Part shown: positions 1-8,517 of the stretch, one piece after another
Numbering within the stretch: position 1 is the stretch's first letter
Layout of the letters: each line of letters opens with the position of its first letter
Source of the DNA: Gemmata obscuriglobus
GTDB lineage: Bacteria > Planctomycetota > Planctomycetia > Gemmatales > Gemmataceae
Length of the DNA stretch: 32,000 bases
Assembly: GCF_008065095.1 (NCBI RefSeq)
Contig: NZ_CP042911.1
Location: 1,860,001-1,892,000 of the forward strand
Direction of reading: 5' to 3'
Notes under the pieces: generated by a model
What the model was told of the DNA's origin: nothing
The model's input: the letters and a program-made list of their open reading frames with translations, nothing else
Databases searched by the model: none
Translations under genes and position numbers: made by a program

Positions 1-41
1 CGCTATAGACCCAGACCCAACTCCCTCTCCGAGGAACGAAC

Positions 42-3000
42 ATGCGGCTGCGTGCCTGGTTGAAGGTGCTCGCTCAGCGCGGCGGTGTCGGCGCACGTGG
101 CCGGCGGACGTGGCGCCAGCGCCTACTGGTGGAAGAGTTCGAGTCGCGGGCGCTCCCGTCCGCCAACCCGGCGTACACCGAAGTTACCGGGGCCGCCAAC
201 CCGTTCAACGGCTTCGACATCGGGACCTATTCCGTCCCAAAACTCGCCGACCTGGACGGCGACGGCGACTTCGACCTCTGTGTCGGGGAGACCAACGGCG
301 CGTTCTTCTACTTCGAGAACACGGGGACGGCGGGCGCCCCCACGTTCGTTCAGCGGACCGGCGCCGCCAACCCGTTCAACGGCTTCGATGTCGGGAGCTA
401 CTCCTCGCCCGCGTTCGGCGATCTGGACGGCGACGGCGACTTGGACCTCGTCTCCGGGACCCAACCCGGGACGCTCCTGTACTACGAGAACACGGGCACG
501 GCCAGTGCCCCCACGTTCGTCCAGCGGACCGGGGGCGCCAACCCGTTCAACGGCTTGGATGTTGGCAACTTCTCGATCCCAGATCTGGGGGACGTGGACG
601 CCGACGGCGACCTCGACATGGTGTCCGGGGACACCGTCGGCAAGTTACATTACTTCGAAAACACGGGCACGACCAGCGCCCCCGCCTTTGTCGAGCGGAC
701 CGGCGCCGCCAACCCGCTCAACGGCTTCGATGTCGGTGCCGCCGGCTCCACCCCGGCGTTGGGGGACGTGGACGCCGACGGGGATCTCGACCTCATCTCC
801 GGGGAGAGCAGCGGAGTTCAGTTCTACTTCAGGAACACGGGTACGACCAGCAGCCCCGCGTTCGCGCAGCAGACCGGGGCCAACAACCCATTCAACGGCT
901 TCGACGTCGGCAGCTTCTCCGCGCCGGCGTTCGGCGATCTGAACGGGGACGGTGCCCTCGATCTCGTCTCCGGGAATTCGTTCGGCTCACTGAATTACTA
1001 CCAGTCCGCCCCCGGCCTCGCGACGAGTGCCTCCTCGCTGAACCTGGGGACAACGACCGCGGGCACGGCGGGCATGCCCCAGACCTTCACTGTGAGCGGT
1101 ATCGCACTGAGCGCCAACATCGTCGTGGCGGCCCCCACCGGCGTGGAACTCTCCACCGACGGAACCACCTGGACTACCTCGGTGATGCTGACACCGACCG
1201 GCGGCAAGGTCGCTAACACCCTCATCTCGGCCCGGATCACCGCCGGTGCTTCGGTGGGCGCGGTCAGTGGTAACATCACCGTGAGCAGTACGAACGCGAC
1301 TACGCAGAACGTGGCCGTCACCGGGACGGTCAACGCGGCCGACTCCACTGCACCCACGGCCACGGTGACGACGCCGGCCCCTTCGATTACCGCGGCCACC
1401 GGCGGCACCAGCACCGTCACCATCACCGTGACATATGCCGACGCCGGCTCCGAGGTCAATACCAGCACCTTCGGCACCGACGACATTACGGTCACCAACG
1501 GGGCCACCGTGACTGGGTTCTTGGCGGCGGGTAACGTGGTCACGTACACCATCACCGCCCCCGCGGCCACCTGGGCCGCCAGCACACAGGGCACCTACAC
1601 CATCGCGCTGGTCGCCGGCGCGGTGACCGACCTGGCCGGCAACCCGGTGGCCGCGAACCCGTCACTCGGCACCTTCGCCGTCGATACCACCGTCCCGACC
1701 GCGGCGGTAACGACGCCGGCCCCGGCCATCACCGCGGCCTCCGGCGGTACCAGCACCGTCGCCATTACCGTAACCTACGCCGACACCGGCTCCGGGGTCG
1801 ACACCAGCACCTTCGGCACCGACGACATTACGGTCACCAACGGGGCTACCGTCACCGGGTTCTTGGCGGCGGGCAACGTGGTCACGTATACGATCACCGC
1901 CCCCGCCGCTACGTGGTCCGCCAGCGCCCAGGGGACGTACACGATTGCGCTGGTCGCCGGCGCGGTGACCGACCTGGCCGGTAACCCGGTGGCCGCGAAC
2001 CCGTCACTCGGCACCTTCGCCGTCGATACCACTGTCCCGACCGCGGCGGTAACGACGCCGGCCCCGGCCATCACCGCGGCCACCGGGGGCACGAATACCG
2101 TCACCGTCACGGTCACCTACGCCGACACCGGCTCCGGGGTCGACACCAGCACCTTCGGCACCGGCGACATTACGGTCACTAACGGGGCCACCGTCACCGG
2201 GTTCTCGGCGGCGGGTAACGTGGTCACCTACACCATCACCGCCCCCGCCGCTACGTGGTCTGCCAGCGCCCAGGGGACGTACACGATTGCGCTGGTCGCC
2301 GGCGCGGTGACCGACCTGGCCGGTAACCCGGTGGCCGCGAACCCGTCACTCGGCACCTTCACCGTCGATACCACCGTCCCCACGGCGGCGGTAACGACGC
2401 CGGCCCCTTCGATTACCGCGGCCTTCGGCGGCACGAATACCGTCACCGTCACGGTCACCTACGCCGACACCGGCTCCGGGGTCGATGCGGCCACCTTCGG
2501 CACCGGCGACATTACCGTCACCAATGGGGCCACCGTCACCGGGTTCTCGGCGGCGGGTAACGTGGTCACCTACACCATCACCGCCCCCGCCGCTACGTGG
2601 TCTGCCAGCGCCCAGGGGACGTACACGATTGCGCTGGCCGCCGGCGCAGTGACCGATCTAGCCGGCAACCCGGTCGCGGCCAACGCGGCCCTCGGCACCT
2701 TCACCGTCGACACGCAGGCGAAGCCGGCCCTGGTCACCAGTGTGCCGACCGGGAACCCGGCGGGCACGGCCGTCCGGATAATTGATCCGGTAACCGGTCA
2801 ACTCATCCGGACCCTGATCCCGTTCGCCGGCTTCGTCGGGTCAGTGGATCTAGCCTCGGGCGACTTCAACCGAGACGGGGTAGCAGACCTTCTGGTCGCG
2901 GCCGGGGCCGGCGGCGGCCCACACATCAAAGTGTTCAACGGTGGCGACGGCGGTGAACTGGCCAGTTTCTTCGCCTACGACGTCCGTTTCGTCGGCGGGG

Positions 3001-3629
3001 TGAGTGTGGCCATCGGGGACGTAAATGGAGACGGCACCCTGGACATCATCACCGGTGCGGGCGCCGGCGCCGGACCGCACGTGAAGGCGTTCGACGGCCG
3101 CACTTTCGCAGAGGTCCGGAGCTTTTTCGCCTACGACACCGGCTTCCGCGGCGGGGTGAGTGTGGCGGCCGGGGACGTGAACGGAGACGGGTTCGACGAC
3201 ATCATCACCGGAACTGGGGCGGGCGGTGCCTCTCACGTCAAGGTGTTCGGCGGCGCGGACGGAGCGGTGCTGCTCAGCTTCTTCGCCTACCCGGCGTTCG
3301 GCGGCGGGGTGAGCGTGGCGGCCGGGGACGTGAACGGGGACGGGTTCGACGACATCATCACCGGCAGCTCACAGGGACCGCACGTGAAGGTGTTCGACGG
3401 CCGCACCGGCCAAACCCGCGCGTCGTTCTTCGGTTTCGACGCGGGGTTCACCGGCGGGGTGCGGGTGGGCACCGCGGACGCCGACGGGGACGGAAAGGCG
3501 GACATCGTCGCGGCGGCCGGGCCGGGCGGCGGCCCGCACCTCACGGTGTTCGACGGGGAGAGCCTTGCGGTGCTCCGCAGCGAGTTCGTCGGCTCCCCCA
3601 CACTCCGGGACGGCTTGATCGTCGGCTGA
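42..3629 (+). CDS. Large secreted FG-GAP/VCBS-repeat protein with central tandem Ig-like repeats (adhesin-like)
   Basis: ATG at 42 and a 1195-aa ORF. The N-terminus 'RQRLLVEEFESRALPS' is typical of planctomycete secreted proteins. There are five 57-58 aa repeats 'GAANPFNGFDVG..P.FGDLDGDGDLDLVSG....G.L.YYENTGT' (171-174 bp period, about 190-1010). Four 114-aa Thr/Ala-rich Ig-like repeats follow, then six C-terminal 'GDVNGDG.DDIITG...GPHVKVFDG' FG-GAP repeats. Confidence 0.85.
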   Translation: MRLRAWLKVLAQRGGVGARGRRTWRQRLLVEEFESRALPSANPAYTEVTGAANPFNGFDIGTYSVPKLADLDGDGDFDLCVGETNGAFFYFENTGTAGAPTFVQRTGAANPFNGFDVGSYSSPAFGDLDGDGDLDLVSGTQPGTLLYYENTGTASAPTFVQRTGGANPFNGLDVGNFSIPDLGDVDADGDLDMVSGDTVGKLHYFENTGTTSAPAFVERTGAANPLNGFDVGAAGSTPALGDVDADGDLDLISGESSGVQFYFRNTGTTSSPAFAQQTGANNPFNGFDVGSFSAPAFGDLNGDGALDLVSGNSFGSLNYYQSAPGLATSASSLNLGTTTAGTAGMPQTFTVSGIALSANIVVAAPTGVELSTDGTTWTTSVMLTPTGGKVANTLISARITAGASVGAVSGNITVSSTNATTQNVAVTGTVNAADSTAPTATVTTPAPSITAATGGTSTVTITVTYADAGSEVNTSTFGTDDITVTNGATVTGFLAAGNVVTYTITAPAATWAASTQGTYTIALVAGAVTDLAGNPVAANPSLGTFAVDTTVPTAAVTTPAPAITAASGGTSTVAITVTYADTGSGVDTSTFGTDDITVTNGATVTGFLAAGNVVTYTITAPAATWSASAQGTYTIALVAGAVTDLAGNPVAANPSLGTFAVDTTVPTAAVTTPAPAITAATGGTNTVTVTVTYADTGSGVDTSTFGTGDITVTNGATVTGFSAAGNVVTYTITAPAATWSASAQGTYTIALVAGAVTDLAGNPVAANPSLGTFTVDTTVPTAAVTTPAPSITAAFGGTNTVTVTVTYADTGSGVDAATFGTGDITVTNGATVTGFSAAGNVVTYTITAPAATWSASAQGTYTIALAAGAVTDLAGNPVAANAALGTFTVDTQAKPALVTSVPTGNPAGTAVRIIDPVTGQLIRTLIPFAGFVGSVDLASGDFNRDGVADLLVAAGAGGGPHIKVFNGGDGGELASFFAYDVRFVGGVSVAIGDVNGDGTLDIITGAGAGAGPHVKAFDGRTFAEVRSFFAYDTGFRGGVSVAAGDVNGDGFDDIITGTGAGGASHVKVFGGADGAVLLSFFAYPAFGGGVSVAAGDVNGDGFDDIITGSSQGPHVKVFDGRTGQTRASFFGFDAGFTGGVRVGTADADGDGKADIVAAAGPGGGPHLTVFDGESLAVLRSEFVGSPTLRDGLIVG
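1338..2705 (+). repeat. Four tandem 342-bp (114-codon) near-identical coding repeats
   Basis: Unit starts at 1338, 1680, 2022 and 2364 (gcc/gtc gac/gat ...). Units 2-4 differ by only a handful of bases. A fifth unit begins at 2706 (gtcgacacg) but then diverges. Confidence 0.85.
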
Positions 3630-3658
3630 TCCCGACGGTGGTGCCGGTGTCTCGGCTT

Positions 3659-3688
3659 GCGAACCGCGTTCGGCCGGAACGCGGTCGC
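3659..3688 (+). terminator. GC-rich hairpin downstream of the FG-GAP gene
   Basis: gcgaaccgcgttc-ggcc-ggaacgcggtcgc is a near-perfect inverted repeat 30 nt after the stop. There is no U-tract. Confidence 0.35.
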
Positions 3689-4193
3689 CGCACCAGCCCG
3701 AGGAGCCACGCGGTGTCGATGTGCGCTCGCGGGGTGCCGCCGGGGTTCATCGCTCGCCCCTGCTCGTGACGTGTGGAGGCTGCCTTCCCGACTTATACCA
3801 CAGCCGACGCCACAAGGGACACAACGCGAACCTCGAAGCGGCAGAAACGCTCTTCACTCGGGCCAAGAGCGACGATCGCGGGCCGGCGCGAAACGAGACG
3901 GCCGCCGCAGTTCCGAATGGATGAAGAGGTACACCGTGAGTCAGAAGCAGCAGGTCCGAGCGGCGTTTCGTCGCGGCACGTTTACCCGCGACAAGTACCG
4001 GTGTGGAGAAGGTGAAGGTATGCCAGATGGTTACGGTGGCTGGGACGGTAGATCACTACGAGGAATAGAAATTGTACATGTGGGACTGCACCGAGTTGCA
4101 ATTAGCCGATACGTAACCGATTATGTGTGAAAGGAAAAAGATGCCCGCCACCGAGCGAACAACCCAGCGGGGAGCACACCAAGAGGGCTGCCT

Positions 4194-4853
4194 ATGACGT
4201 TGCTAAAACGGTGGTGGGTGATTCCTGTCGTAATCGGGGCAATCGTTACTGGCGGGTTAGTGGCAGCTAAGATTGAGGACGAGAAGAACAAGATTGCCGC
4301 TTACGGTGCCATTGTGGCGACAGTGAGTATTTTGCTGAACGCCGAAAAACACATCCGGGACAGGTTAAAAGAAGATCGTGAGCGTGATCAAAAGGAAGAC
4401 GAGAAGAAGGAGAAGTTAAAGGCAACAGTGCAGTACCGTTGTTTCCATGTAACAACGCCTAATATTGGTGTGGAGTTGTACAATGATGGAAAAACACTGG
4501 TTCCTATAAAGGGCGTCTGGCTGGTCGTGGTGCATGAGGGAGAACTTCAGCCGCAAGCAATGGTTTGCACAGATTTTAAAGAACCGTTTACAAGGTACAC
4601 AGGGGGGGGGGCCATACCTACGCCAGTGACCACGCACGAGAGAACTTACAAGAACCGTATTGACCTTCAGCCCAAAGGACACGCCCGGTTTCACGAGATG
4701 ATTATGGGAGACATCGGGGACAAGGTACTCGGGCTAAAGCCGGAAAACGTGTATATCGTAGTGGAGTCGTTTGCGAATGCTGAACTGGTCAAAATACCTG
4801 GCGAAGAGATTCAGGCAGAAATCAAACGTGCGAAAGAAATGGAACTGCGGTAA
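4194..4853 (+). CDS. Hypothetical membrane protein (2 N-terminal TM helices, charged coiled segment, about 130-aa soluble domain); ORFan in a low-GC islet
   Basis: 219-aa ORF in a region visibly lower in GC than its surroundings. TM segments are 'WWVIPVVIGAIVTGGLVAA' and 'IAAYGAIVATVSILLNA', followed by the KE-rich 'RDRLKEDRERDQKEDEKKEKLK'. I recognise no family. Confidence 0.6.
   Translation: MTLLKRWWVIPVVIGAIVTGGLVAAKIEDEKNKIAAYGAIVATVSILLNAEKHIRDRLKEDRERDQKEDEKKEKLKATVQYRCFHVTTPNIGVELYNDGKTLVPIKGVWLVVVHEGELQPQAMVCTDFKEPFTRYTGGGAIPTPVTTHERTYKNRIDLQPKGHARFHEMIMGDIGDKVLGLKPENVYIVVESFANAELVKIPGEEIQAEIKRAKEMELR
4602..4611 (+). repeat. G10 homopolymer inside the 4194-4853 CDS
   Basis: The sequence reads 'aca ggg ggg ggg gcc' (T-G-G-G-A), with ten consecutive G. 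Confidence 0.95.
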
Positions 4854-5077
4854 ACGAAAGAGCCCGACCAGTTTTCCGGAAACGTTCTGGTGCTGGCAGG
4901 GTTCTTTGCTAATATAGCGGCGCGCAAGATACGCATTGAGGCCCGCGGCCAAGCAGCCATTGCCCGTGATCCCCAGCAGTTTTGCCCTGCGTATCTTTCG
5001 CGCCGCCGTAAGATTTCCAGACCGCCCGGGAAGTTCAAGGGTAATTTGGTTCTTTTGCACACTTGTGTTCGGACGTA

Positions 5078-5377
5078 TCAATCCGGCTTACTGGTCAAGT
5101 GTTGGCAGTGAGAGCAGTACCGATTGCCTTCTGCCAGTGCATGCACCACTTCGTTCGTGGGCATGCGGTCACCGCAGAGGCCGCACTCCATTCGGAAGAA
5201 CTCACCCGCAACGTGCCGCTCGAACACCGCCTCTTGTGCCGCAGACAGGCTGCCCCGGCCGTGGCTGAGTACCTGCCTTGTGATTCCCAGTGCGGCCCCG
5301 TCGATGTCCCCGCTTTCGGCCAAGTACTCAAGAACCTCTTGCTGGGCGTTTGCCTCGTAGATCTCTTCGCTTCGCAT
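5078..5377 (-). CDS. Small hypothetical protein with a C-terminal CxxC...CxxC zinc-ribbon-like motif
   Basis: ATG at 5377-5375 is preceded by GAGGGG. The 99-aa product is 'MRSEEIYEANAQQEVLEYL...ECGLCGDRMPTNEVVHALAEGNRYCSHCQHLTSKPD'. It is the credible tail of the otherwise spurious 5078-6334 ORF. Confidence 0.55.
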   Translation of the reverse strand: MRSEEIYEANAQQEVLEYLAESGDIDGAALGITRQVLSHGRGSLSAAQEAVFERHVAGEFFRMECGLCGDRMPTNEVVHALAEGNRYCSHCQHLTSKPD

Positions 5378-5500
5378 GGTGTGCCCCTCACGACTCGGGA
5401 TCGAGCCACCCCCATTCTTGCACGTGCGTGCGAGTTGTCTAGAGGTAAGGCGATTGGCTCTCTTTAGTAAAACGAATTGCACGCCCCGGAGAACCCGCAG

Positions 5501-5914
5501 ATGGCCGAACCGAACCAGCCGTACATCGCCATTCAAGTTCCCATGATGCCGAAAGACACGAACCGGCACGGGACCATCTTCGGGGGCGTGCTGCTCTCGT
5601 ACATCGACCTCGCGGGGGCGATCACCGCGCAGCGCGAGTTGCAGCTCCGCGGCGGCAACCCGAAGGCGTCGTTCGTCACCGTCGCCATCAACCGCGTCGA
5701 GTTCAAGAAGCCGGTGCTGGTCGGGGACGTGGTGCGGTTCGAGACCAACGTGGTGAAGACCGGGCGCACGTCGATGACCGTTCACGTCGAGGTGTTCGCC
5801 GAGCGCGGCGCCGACACCGTCCACGTCACCTCCGCGGAAGGGGTGTTCGTCGGCGTGGACCTCTCCACCCCCGAGCGCAAGCCGGTGGAGCTGTTCCCGG
5901 CGGCCGGAACCTGA
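5501..5914 (+). CDS. Acyl-CoA thioesterase (hotdog fold, YciA-like)
   Basis: 'MPKDTNRHGTIFGGVLLSYIDLAGAI' is the characteristic thioesterase N-terminal motif. ATG at 5501 has GGAG 9 nt upstream. The ORF track's start at 5477 is a TTG. Confidence 0.85.
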   Translation: MAEPNQPYIAIQVPMMPKDTNRHGTIFGGVLLSYIDLAGAITAQRELQLRGGNPKASFVTVAINRVEFKKPVLVGDVVRFETNVVKTGRTSMTVHVEVFAERGADTVHVTSAEGVFVGVDLSTPERKPVELFPAAGT

Positions 5915-6022
5915 CCCCCGCCGCCGGGAAGCGCGCGCCGGCCGGTTCTTCATCTTGTTCTGCCGTCTCGGCGGGCGTATACCAAATTCTGATCGCGCGC
6001 CGCCCGGTAGTGAGACCGTACA

Positions 6023-6535
6023 ATGAGCTTTTCCGCGTTCCACCTGTACTTCGACGACCTGGAAGTGGGCCAGGAGTGGACCTCGGGCGGGCGCACGGTC
6101 ACCGAAGGGGACATCGTCAACTTCGCCGGGTTCAGCGGCGACTTCAACCCGATCCACATCGACCACGAGTTCGCCAAGGGGACGCCGTTCCGGCGGCCGA
6201 TCGCGCACGGGTTCGCGGTGTTCTGCATCGCCAGCGGGCTGAGCCTCATCGCCCCGCCCATGCGCACCATCGCGCTGCTCAAGGTGGTGGACTGGAAGTT
6301 CAGCCAGCCGGTGTTCATCGGCGACACCGTCCACACCCTCAGCCGGGTGAAAGAGAAGATCCTCCGCGGCCGCGGGCGGCGCGGCGAGATCCTCTGGTAC
6401 CGGGCCATCGTCAACCAGGACGGCAAGACGGTGCAGGAGGGCGAGGTGTCCACGCTGGTCGAGTGCCGCACGCCGGCCCGCGAGGCCGCCGACCGCGACG
6501 CCCGCACCGCCCCGAGCAGCAGCGGGACCGTCTGA
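6023..6535 (+). CDS. MaoC-like (R)-hydratase/dehydratase, hotdog fold
   Basis: The signature 'VTEGDIVNFAGFSGDFNPIHIDHEFAKGTPFRRPIAHG' is the MaoC dehydratase motif. Confidence 0.85.
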   Translation: MSFSAFHLYFDDLEVGQEWTSGGRTVTEGDIVNFAGFSGDFNPIHIDHEFAKGTPFRRPIAHGFAVFCIASGLSLIAPPMRTIALLKVVDWKFSQPVFIGDTVHTLSRVKEKILRGRGRRGEILWYRAIVNQDGKTVQEGEVSTLVECRTPAREAADRDARTAPSSSGTV

Positions 6536-6555
6536 TACACGTATCCGGTAATACT

Positions 6556-6642
6556 GTCGCTTGTGTTGACGAGCCGCGACCGCCAGGGAGCGGGATACGT
6601 TGCACCGCTCCCTGGCGGTCGCGGCTCGTCAACACAAGCGAC
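6556..6642. repeat. Perfect 38-bp-stem palindrome (hairpin with an 11-nt loop)
   Basis: 6556-6593 (gtcgcttgtgttgacgagccgcgaccgccagggagcgg) is the exact reverse complement of 6605-6642. It lies between the MaoC gene and gltX. Confidence 0.9.
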
Positions 6643-6786
6643 ACCGCAGACGGGTTCATGTGTGAGGGCGCGCGATTCGGCAGGCGGAATTGAAGGCAGG
6701 AACCCGGGCCGTGCTCGAACCTCGGCCCCGGTTCCCGTATCCTGGCCTTCGGTTCCGCGATCCGAATTCCGAACTCCGCGCTCCCT

Positions 6787-8370
6787 ATGTCCGTTCGCAC
6801 ACGATTCGCGCCCAGCCCCACCGGCTACCTCCACATCGGGGGCGTGCGCACCGCGCTCTTCAACTGGCTCTACGCGCGGCGCCACAACGGGCAGTTCGTC
6901 CTCCGCATCGACGACACCGACGCCGCCCGCAACCGCGCCGAAGCCGTGCAGCCCATCCTCGACGGGTTCGACTGGCTCGGCATGGACTGGGACGAGGGGC
7001 CGACCAAGGACGCCAGCGGCGACAGCTTCGGCCCGCACAAGCCGTACTTCCAGAGCCAGCGGAACGACCGGTACGTCGCCGCGGCGATGGACCTGATCGC
7101 CAGCGGCCACGCCTACCCCGACTACACCACCCAGGCCGAGCAGGACTCCCGCCGCGACATCGCGCAGCGGATGAAGAAGGCGTACGTCCACCGCGGCAGC
7201 AACCGCGACGTGGCGCCCGAGGAGAACCTGCGCCTCTATAAGGAGAAGCCGGCCCCCGTGCTGCTGAAGGTGCCGGACGGGCAGACGGTGGCGTTCGACG
7301 ACCACGTGCGGGGCCGCGTCGAGGTGAGCACCGACACGATCCGCGACCCGGCCATCCTGCGCGCCCCCAACGACAAGGGCGTGTGCGGGGCGCTGTACGC
7401 GTTCGCCACCGTGGTGGACGAGATCGATTTCGGCATCACGCACGTGATCCGCGCCGAGGAGCACCTGTCGAACACGCCGGTCCAGTTGCTCATCTACAAC
7501 GCGCTCCTGCACCAGGCGCCGGGGAAGAAGCCGCCGGAGTTCGGCCACATCCCGCTCGTCTATTACAAGGGCGAGAAGATGAGCAAGCGGAAGCTCCCGC
7601 CGCTCTCCGCGATCGAGATCAACGCCCTGAAGGCGTGCGGGTGGACCGACGACGAGATCAAGGGCCGCGACGACCTGAACATCGCGACCGTCGCGTACTA
7701 CCGGGCGCTGGGGTACCTGCCGGCGGCGCTGGTCAACTACCTGCTGCGCCTGGGCTGGTCGCTGAACGACACCGACGAGTTCATCCCGCTCGACGTGGCG
7801 GTCAAGAACTTCAGCCTGGACCGGGTGACGAAGGCGCCCGGCAACTTCGACGAGAAGAAGCTGATGTGGCTCCAGACGGAGTACATGAAGCTGCTCTCGC
7901 CGGCCGAGAAGCTGGAGCGGTCGCTGCCTTACCTGCGCCGGGCGAAGCTGATCGGCGACCCGCTCCCGGACGCGACCCGCGAGCTGCTGCTGAAGATCGC
8001 CGGGGCGTCCGCGGACCGGATCAAGCTGCTCTCGGACTTCGTGTTCTACGCGGCCCCGCTCGTCAAGGACGCGATCGAGTACAACCCGAAGGCGGTGGCC
8101 GACAAGCTCGCGAAGCCGGGCGCCGGCGAGCGGCTCCGGGCCTACGCCGAGGAGCTGAAGGGCGTCGAGCCGTTCGACGCGCCGACGCTGCTCGCGGGCT
8201 TCATGGCGTTCGCGACGAAGCTCGGGGTGAAGCCCAAGGACCTCGACGGCCCGGTGCGCGTGGCGGTGACCGGCGAGACCACGGGCTTCAGCCTGCCGGA
8301 AACGCTCGCGCTGCTCGGCCGCGAGAAGGTGCTTTCGCGCATTGAGGGCGCGCTGCCCCTGGCACAGTGA
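6787..8370 (+). CDS. gltX: Glutamate--tRNA ligase
   Basis: 'RFAPSPTGYLHIGGVRTALFNW' is the HIGH motif and 'KMSKRK' is the KMSKS motif. The 527-aa length fits. Confidence 0.95.
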   Translation: MSVRTRFAPSPTGYLHIGGVRTALFNWLYARRHNGQFVLRIDDTDAARNRAEAVQPILDGFDWLGMDWDEGPTKDASGDSFGPHKPYFQSQRNDRYVAAAMDLIASGHAYPDYTTQAEQDSRRDIAQRMKKAYVHRGSNRDVAPEENLRLYKEKPAPVLLKVPDGQTVAFDDHVRGRVEVSTDTIRDPAILRAPNDKGVCGALYAFATVVDEIDFGITHVIRAEEHLSNTPVQLLIYNALLHQAPGKKPPEFGHIPLVYYKGEKMSKRKLPPLSAIEINALKACGWTDDEIKGRDDLNIATVAYYRALGYLPAALVNYLLRLGWSLNDTDEFIPLDVAVKNFSLDRVTKAPGNFDEKKLMWLQTEYMKLLSPAEKLERSLPYLRRAKLIGDPLPDATRELLLKIAGASADRIKLLSDFVFYAAPLVKDAIEYNPKAVADKLAKPGAGERLRAYAEELKGVEPFDAPTLLAGFMAFATKLGVKPKDLDGPVRVAVTGETTGFSLPETLALLGREKVLSRIEGALPLAQ

Positions 8371-8388
8371 CGTGTGAGGAACGCCCCC

Positions 8389-8479
8389 CCCTGGGACCGC
8401 GGCCGGGACGGCCGCCACGAGATTTCGAGGCGCAACATCACACGGGTAACAGGCGGCCGGGACGGCCGCGGTCCCAGGG
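8389..8479. repeat. Long imperfect inverted repeat (28-nt arms, 25/28 paired, 35-nt loop) after gltX
   Basis: The arms are ccctgggaccgcggccgggacggccgcc and ggcggccgggacggccgcggtcccaggg. The repeat lies 19 nt after the gltX stop and upstream of the kinase RBS. Confidence 0.7.
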
Positions 8480-8517
8480 AAAACCCGACCCAACGACGCG
8501 ACCAACGAAGGAGTTCC

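Noticed and set aside
3920-4130. A small + strand ORF, 'MKRYTVSQKQQVRAAFRRGTFTRDKYRCGEGEG...IEIVHV', faintly reminiscent of an HNH endonuclease ('RD.yrC..C').
   Set aside because: The second Cys, the HH and the downstream CxxC are missing, and there is no RBS. At best it is a degraded remnant, too weak to call.
6699-6786. A hairpin (ggaacccgggccg...cggccccggttcc) and 'ccgaattccgaactcc' repeats upstream of gltX, considered as a T-box or riboswitch-like leader.
   Set aside because: There is no specifier or T-box consensus and no recognisable riboswitch core. It is probably just leader or promoter secondary structure.
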